Made by a program: the position numbers and the translations under genes
The notes under the pieces: generated by a model
The model's input: the letters and a program-made list of their open reading frames with translations, nothing else
The model's database searches: none
What the model was told of the DNA's origin: nothing
Part shown: in pieces, positions 60,809-64,000 of the stretch
Numbering within the stretch: position 1 is the first letter of the stretch
Layout: every line of letters starts with the position of its first letter
DNA from: an uncultured Candidatus Saccharibacteria bacterium
GTDB taxonomy: Bacteria; Patescibacteriota; Doudnabacteria; UBA920
Direction: 5' to 3'
Length of the DNA stretch: 64,000 bases
NCBI GenBank assembly: GCA_964600695.1
Contig: CAZRKK010000004.1
Location: forward strand, 20,318 to 84,317

Positions 60809-60837
60809 TTGACAGATTAGCCTATCCCTGATATAAT
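60809..60837 (+). promoter_or_regulatory. Perfect consensus sigma70 promoter TTGACA-N17-TATAAT
   Basis: ttgaca (60809-60814), 17-nt spacer, tataat (60832-60837). ~400 nt upstream of the rnj start codon. Confidence 0.6.
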
Positions 60838-61239
60838 GAATTTACTCAATAAGAAATTGAGAGCAGATGAGTTCTTATTTGCCGCACTATTCAAATACAG
60901 CGCGGTTTAAAAATAAACATTCATGTGTTAATTGCCTACTTTAGTAGTAGCGCATCAATCACGAGCAAGGCGGCCCCGGAAGCCACTTCTCTGATTTCCC
61001 TGATCTTGTCAGATAGTTTTTATTTGGCCTCAGTTTATTTTTTTGCCACAATAATAATTCAAGCTACAAGCTCACACAGACACAAAATTATAATTATGAC
61101 AGTCGAGTCTTTTGAACTCCGGATGTAACGAAAAGTTTATATTTATATCGCAATGCCTGAACATTTTATTTTAGAGGCAAATTGCTAAATATAGACCAAC
61201 GATCACTTAGAAAGACTCTTTCTGCCAATAGAAAGATTT

Positions 61240-63231
61240 ATGATAAAAAAACCAATCCGCCCTCAAGCGGCATCAAGCCGACCAAGCTCGGCCCGACCGA
61301 CTAGTTCTTCCGCTGGATCAACCAGCAGACCAACTTCTCCACGTCCAAACCCTGCACGCCCATCAGCACGTCCAAACCCTGCACGACCATCAGCACGTCC
61401 AGCAACACGTCGCCCTGCAATGCGCCCTAACTCAGCCCCACAAGGCGCTGGTGCTCGGGCTACAGGTTCACGCATGCGAGCGCTACCTACTCGATCTCAC
61501 GAGAGTAGCTTAACCCCTTTACCACAACCAGCTAGTGGTACCAACAGTGCTTATACTGTTTCTCGCGATACTCTTCGCATTATCCCATTAGGTGGATTAG
61601 AAGAAGTTGGAGCCAACATGATGGCTTTTGAATTCGGTGACGACATTATTATTGTCGATGCCGGTTTTGCTTTTCCAGACGAAACTACTCCCGGAGTTGA
61701 TTACATTATTCCAGAAACTAAATATTTAGAAGACAAGAAGAGCAATATCCGAGCTATTTTTATAACTCACGGTCACATGGACCACATTGGTGCACTTCCC
61801 TACTTGCTTAGTAAACTAGGTGACCCTCCAATTTATACAATGAAGCTAACCGCTGGTATGATCAAAAAGCGTTTAGAAGAATTTAATTTGAATGACCGCG
61901 TCAAACTTAACGTAGTTACTCGTGACGAAATGGTTCCTGCTGGATCATTCCGTATTCGCTTCTTTGGTGTTAACCATAACATCCCAGACTCTGTTGGTTT
62001 AAGCATTGGTACTCCAATTGGCCAAGTATTAACTACTGGTGACTGGAAGATTGACCATACTCCTATTAATGAACTCCCAGCTGAATTCGACAAAATCGCT
62101 AAATATGGCTCCGAAGGCGTATTAGCTTTGTTAAGCGACTCTACTAATGCGGTAAAGCCTGGCTATTCAATTTCCGAAAAAGAAATTGGTAAAAAGATTG
62201 ATCAAATCTTTTCCGAAGCCAAAGGCCGAATTATCTTTACTAGCTTCTCTTCGTTGATTCCTCGTATTCAACAAGTGTTAGATATTGCTGCTAAGCATAA
62301 TCGTAAAATAATCGTTACTGGTCGTTCTATTGTTAGTACTTTAGAACTAGCTATTGATATGGGTTATTTACGTATTCAACCAAAAATTATTATCAAATCC
62401 GAGCAAGCAGCTCGCTTCCCTGATAGCCAAATTGTTGTCTTAACAACTGGTGGTCAAGGTGAAGAAAGCTCTCAATTAGCTCGTATGTCTCGTGGTGAAC
62501 ATCGTTTTATCAAAGTTAAGAAAGAAGACACAGTTGTTATTTCTGCTTCTACTATTCCTGGTAACGAGCGTTCTATCGTAACTGTTATCGACAACCTTAC
62601 CCGTCTTGGTGCTAACGTTATTTATAATAAAATTTTAGACATCCACACTGGTGGTCATGGTCAACAAGAAGAATTAAAGTTGATGATTCAATTGGCTAAA
62701 CCAAAATACTTTATCCCTATTCATGGTGAACACCACATGCTTGCTGCTCACTCTAAGTTAGCTCAAAGTATTGGTATCCCAGAAGATCATTGTTTCGTTC
62801 TAGAAAATGGCTCAATCTTAACTATCGATCAACGTGGTGAAGCTAAGCTTCTAAACGAAAAAGTTCCTGCCGGATACGTCTTTGTAGACGGTCTAGGAAT
62901 TGGAGACGTTGGCGAAGTAGTTATTCGTGATCGACAAGCTATGGCTCAAGACGGTATGTTTGTAATTATCGCTACTGTTGATCGCCATACTAATAAACTT
63001 ACTGCACCTCCAGAAATTCTTTCTCGTGGATTCGTTTACATGAAGAATAATGAAGATTTGCTCCGTGAAGTTAAACACGAAATCCGTAAGACCATCGAAA
63101 GCACTGCTGGTAGTAAAGGTGAGCCTAACTGGGCTAACCTTCGCCAACAGATTCGTGACGAAGTTGGAGAATACTTATTCCAAAAAACTCAACGTCGTCC
63201 TATGATCTTGCCAGTTGTAATTGAAGTATAA
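61240..63231 (+). CDS. rnj: Ribonuclease J (metallo-beta-lactamase/beta-CASP RNase) with ~100-aa Pro/Arg/Ser/Ala-rich disordered N-terminal extension
   Basis: HGHMDHIGALPY (HxHxDH) metallo-beta-lactamase motif. Beta-CASP motifs. RNase J C-terminal domain. N-terminus MIKKPIRPQAASSRPSSARPTSSSAGSTSRPTSPRPNPARPSARPNPARPSARPATRRP. Confidence 0.9.
   Translation: MIKKPIRPQAASSRPSSARPTSSSAGSTSRPTSPRPNPARPSARPNPARPSARPATRRPAMRPNSAPQGAGARATGSRMRALPTRSHESSLTPLPQPASGTNSAYTVSRDTLRIIPLGGLEEVGANMMAFEFGDDIIIVDAGFAFPDETTPGVDYIIPETKYLEDKKSNIRAIFITHGHMDHIGALPYLLSKLGDPPIYTMKLTAGMIKKRLEEFNLNDRVKLNVVTRDEMVPAGSFRIRFFGVNHNIPDSVGLSIGTPIGQVLTTGDWKIDHTPINELPAEFDKIAKYGSEGVLALLSDSTNAVKPGYSISEKEIGKKIDQIFSEAKGRIIFTSFSSLIPRIQQVLDIAAKHNRKIIVTGRSIVSTLELAIDMGYLRIQPKIIIKSEQAARFPDSQIVVLTTGGQGEESSQLARMSRGEHRFIKVKKEDTVVISASTIPGNERSIVTVIDNLTRLGANVIYNKILDIHTGGHGQQEELKLMIQLAKPKYFIPIHGEHHMLAAHSKLAQSIGIPEDHCFVLENGSILTIDQRGEAKLLNEKVPAGYVFVDGLGIGDVGEVVIRDRQAMAQDGMFVIIATVDRHTNKLTAPPEILSRGFVYMKNNEDLLREVKHEIRKTIESTAGSKGEPNWANLRQQIRDEVGEYLFQKTQRRPMILPVVIEV
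61345..61425. repeat. GC-rich tandem 27-bp direct repeat (cacgtccaaaccctgcacg[c/a]ccatcag x2 + degenerate third copy) encoding RPNPARPSA repeats of RNase J
   Basis: Visible in the sequence. Local GC is far above the window average. Confidence 0.7.
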
Positions 63232-63243
63232 ATTTAAACAAAT

Positions 63244-63302
63244 AAAAGTCGGGTTAGCCCGGCTTTTATATATATTAAAAAAACACCCATGTGGGTGTTT
63301 TT
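63244..63302. terminator. Two terminator hairpins between convergent rnj and the repeat-protein gene
   Basis: aaaagtcgggttagcccggctttt, then aaaaaacacccatgtgggtgtttttt. Confidence 0.65.
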
Positions 63303-63311
63303 TGTTTTGTA

Positions 63312-64000
63312 TTACTTTAGATCTCCAGCTGATCTAGTTTCTAAGACTTTAATCTGAGGAAGGAGTTTGTCATATTCATTAGAGAGAACAGTGTCTTCTG
63401 CTTTGTAACCCCATGAGGTTAGTACAGCCATAGAAGGGATACCAATCAGGCCATCTTTAGTAGTTATGTATATAGTTTTACCGGTCTTAACTAGAACGCC
63501 AGCAGGATGAGAGATTGTTGAGCTAGAGATATTAGGAGCTAATTGCATGAAGGATACATCACCCTTACTAGATTTATTGAAAGTAAACCCAAGGTCAGTA
63601 AAGACTTTAGCAGAGGTGAAAGGAGCTCTTTTACCGTCTGTAATAAGGTAACAAGTACCTTTGTCTAATCCATGGTCAGAACAGACTACAAAGCCGTCTC
63701 TAGGAGCAATAAATGACCCTATAGGTAAAGATAGATCACCAGTAGTGGCTAATAGAACATTTTTGAAAGTATTAAACCCATAGGATAAAAAGGCTGCGGC
63801 GGAGGTGTATGGTCTGCGAGTACCGTCTGGTGTAATAGTGTACACTGTACCATCAAGGTTTCTGATGTTGACTCCAACAGCATGGGCTGCACCTGTAGGA
63901 ATAGTTTCCTTGGTAGTTAACCCAGAGGATGATTTTGTGCCAGTTAAGTAATCAATGGAAGCCTGAACCACAGAGCTTGGTTGTCCATACGCAGTGTAGA
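63312..64000 (-). CDS. Hypothetical protein with three internal ~45-aa repeats; 5' end outside window
   Basis: Repeats YTITPDGTRRPYTSAAAFLSYGF / YLITDGKRAPFTSAKVFTDLGF / IYITTKDGLIGIPSMAVLTSWGY. The ORF-track M is a GTG and the frame stays open to the window edge, so the gene is 5'-truncated. Confidence 0.4.
   Translation of the reverse strand, partial: YTAYGQPSSVVQASIDYLTGTKSSSGLTTKETIPTGAAHAVGVNIRNLDGTVYTITPDGTRRPYTSAAAFLSYGFNTFKNVLLATTGDLSLPIGSFIAPRDGFVVCSDHGLDKGTCYLITDGKRAPFTSAKVFTDLGFTFNKSSKGDVSFMQLAPNISSSTISHPAGVLVKTGKTIYITTKDGLIGIPSMAVLTSWGYKAEDTVLSNEYDKLLPQIKVLETRSAGDLK

Noticed and set aside
60925-61128. 67-aa ORF in the rnj leader
   Set aside because: Low-complexity Ser/Ala/Ile-rich translation, no SD, embedded in a probable structured leader. 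Not called.
1-64000. CRISPR arrays, transposases, integrases or prophage blocks
   Set aside because: I scanned for short direct repeats with regular spacing and for transposase/integrase-like ORFs and found none. The only tandem repeats are in-frame coding repeats (930-1010, 5648-5680, 61345-61425).
1-64000. Alternative genetic code (UGA=Gly, as in some CPR lineages)
   Set aside because: Long conserved genes (groEL, dnaK, uvrA, topA, RND transporter) are intact in the standard-code six-frame track and terminate in TAA/TAG/TGA at the expected positions, so the standard code applies.

Overview
This is an AT-rich (~38% GC), gene-dense bacterial chromosome segment. It uses the standard genetic code: long ORFs are not interrupted by TGA. 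It is almost entirely core housekeeping. The HrcA/CIRCE heat-shock regulon is complete in two parts: groES-groEL with a CIRCE operator, and hrcA-grpE-dnaK ... DUF3467-dnaJ with a second CIRCE. Division genes are rpsU-yqeY-ftsA-ftsZ. DNA repair genes are fpg, uvrA, uvrC and topA. Translation and stringent-response genes are hisS, a degenerate HisRS paralog, rpmF, der, pth, ndk, relA/spoT, nusB and RNase J. The envelope set is lepB, an LCP protein, a membrane-anchored cyclophilin, secG, a large RND transporter, an ABC exporter and an orphan family-5 substrate-binding protein. There is an extracytoplasmic thiol-reduction module (thioredoxin-like, CcdA, TlpA-like) with an adjacent XRE regulator. 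The natural-competence genes comEC (short form) and dprA are present. Two tRNAs are present: Lys-UUU and Leu-CAG. I see no CRISPR array, transposase, integrase or phage block. The small genes, the many secreted or membrane hypotheticals with internal repeats, the short ComEC and the membrane-anchored PPIase resemble a reduced-genome, possibly Patescibacteria/CPR-like organism. This placement is low-confidence. The most interesting items are as follows. (1) A secreted two-LTD-domain protein carrying a ~130-aa histone-H1-like Lys/Ala/Thr tail. I propose it as a surface DNA receptor working with comEC and dprA. (2) A candidate sRNA gene downstream of groEL, with a near-consensus sigma70 promoter and a 16-bp perfect-stem terminator. 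(3) An fpg–small acidic protein–Pol-beta nucleotidyltransferase–cupin operon of unknown function. (4) A catalytically degenerate HisRS paralog. (5) A ~480-nt non-coding island inside the dnaK/dnaJ cluster, holding a strongly signalled 46-codon ORF and a terminator on the opposite strand. (6) A perfect consensus promoter driving a ~400-nt leader ahead of an RNase J that has a GC-rich, tandem-repeat-encoded disordered N-terminus. I had no tools, so all calls rest on my reading of the supplied six-frame translations and the raw sequence.
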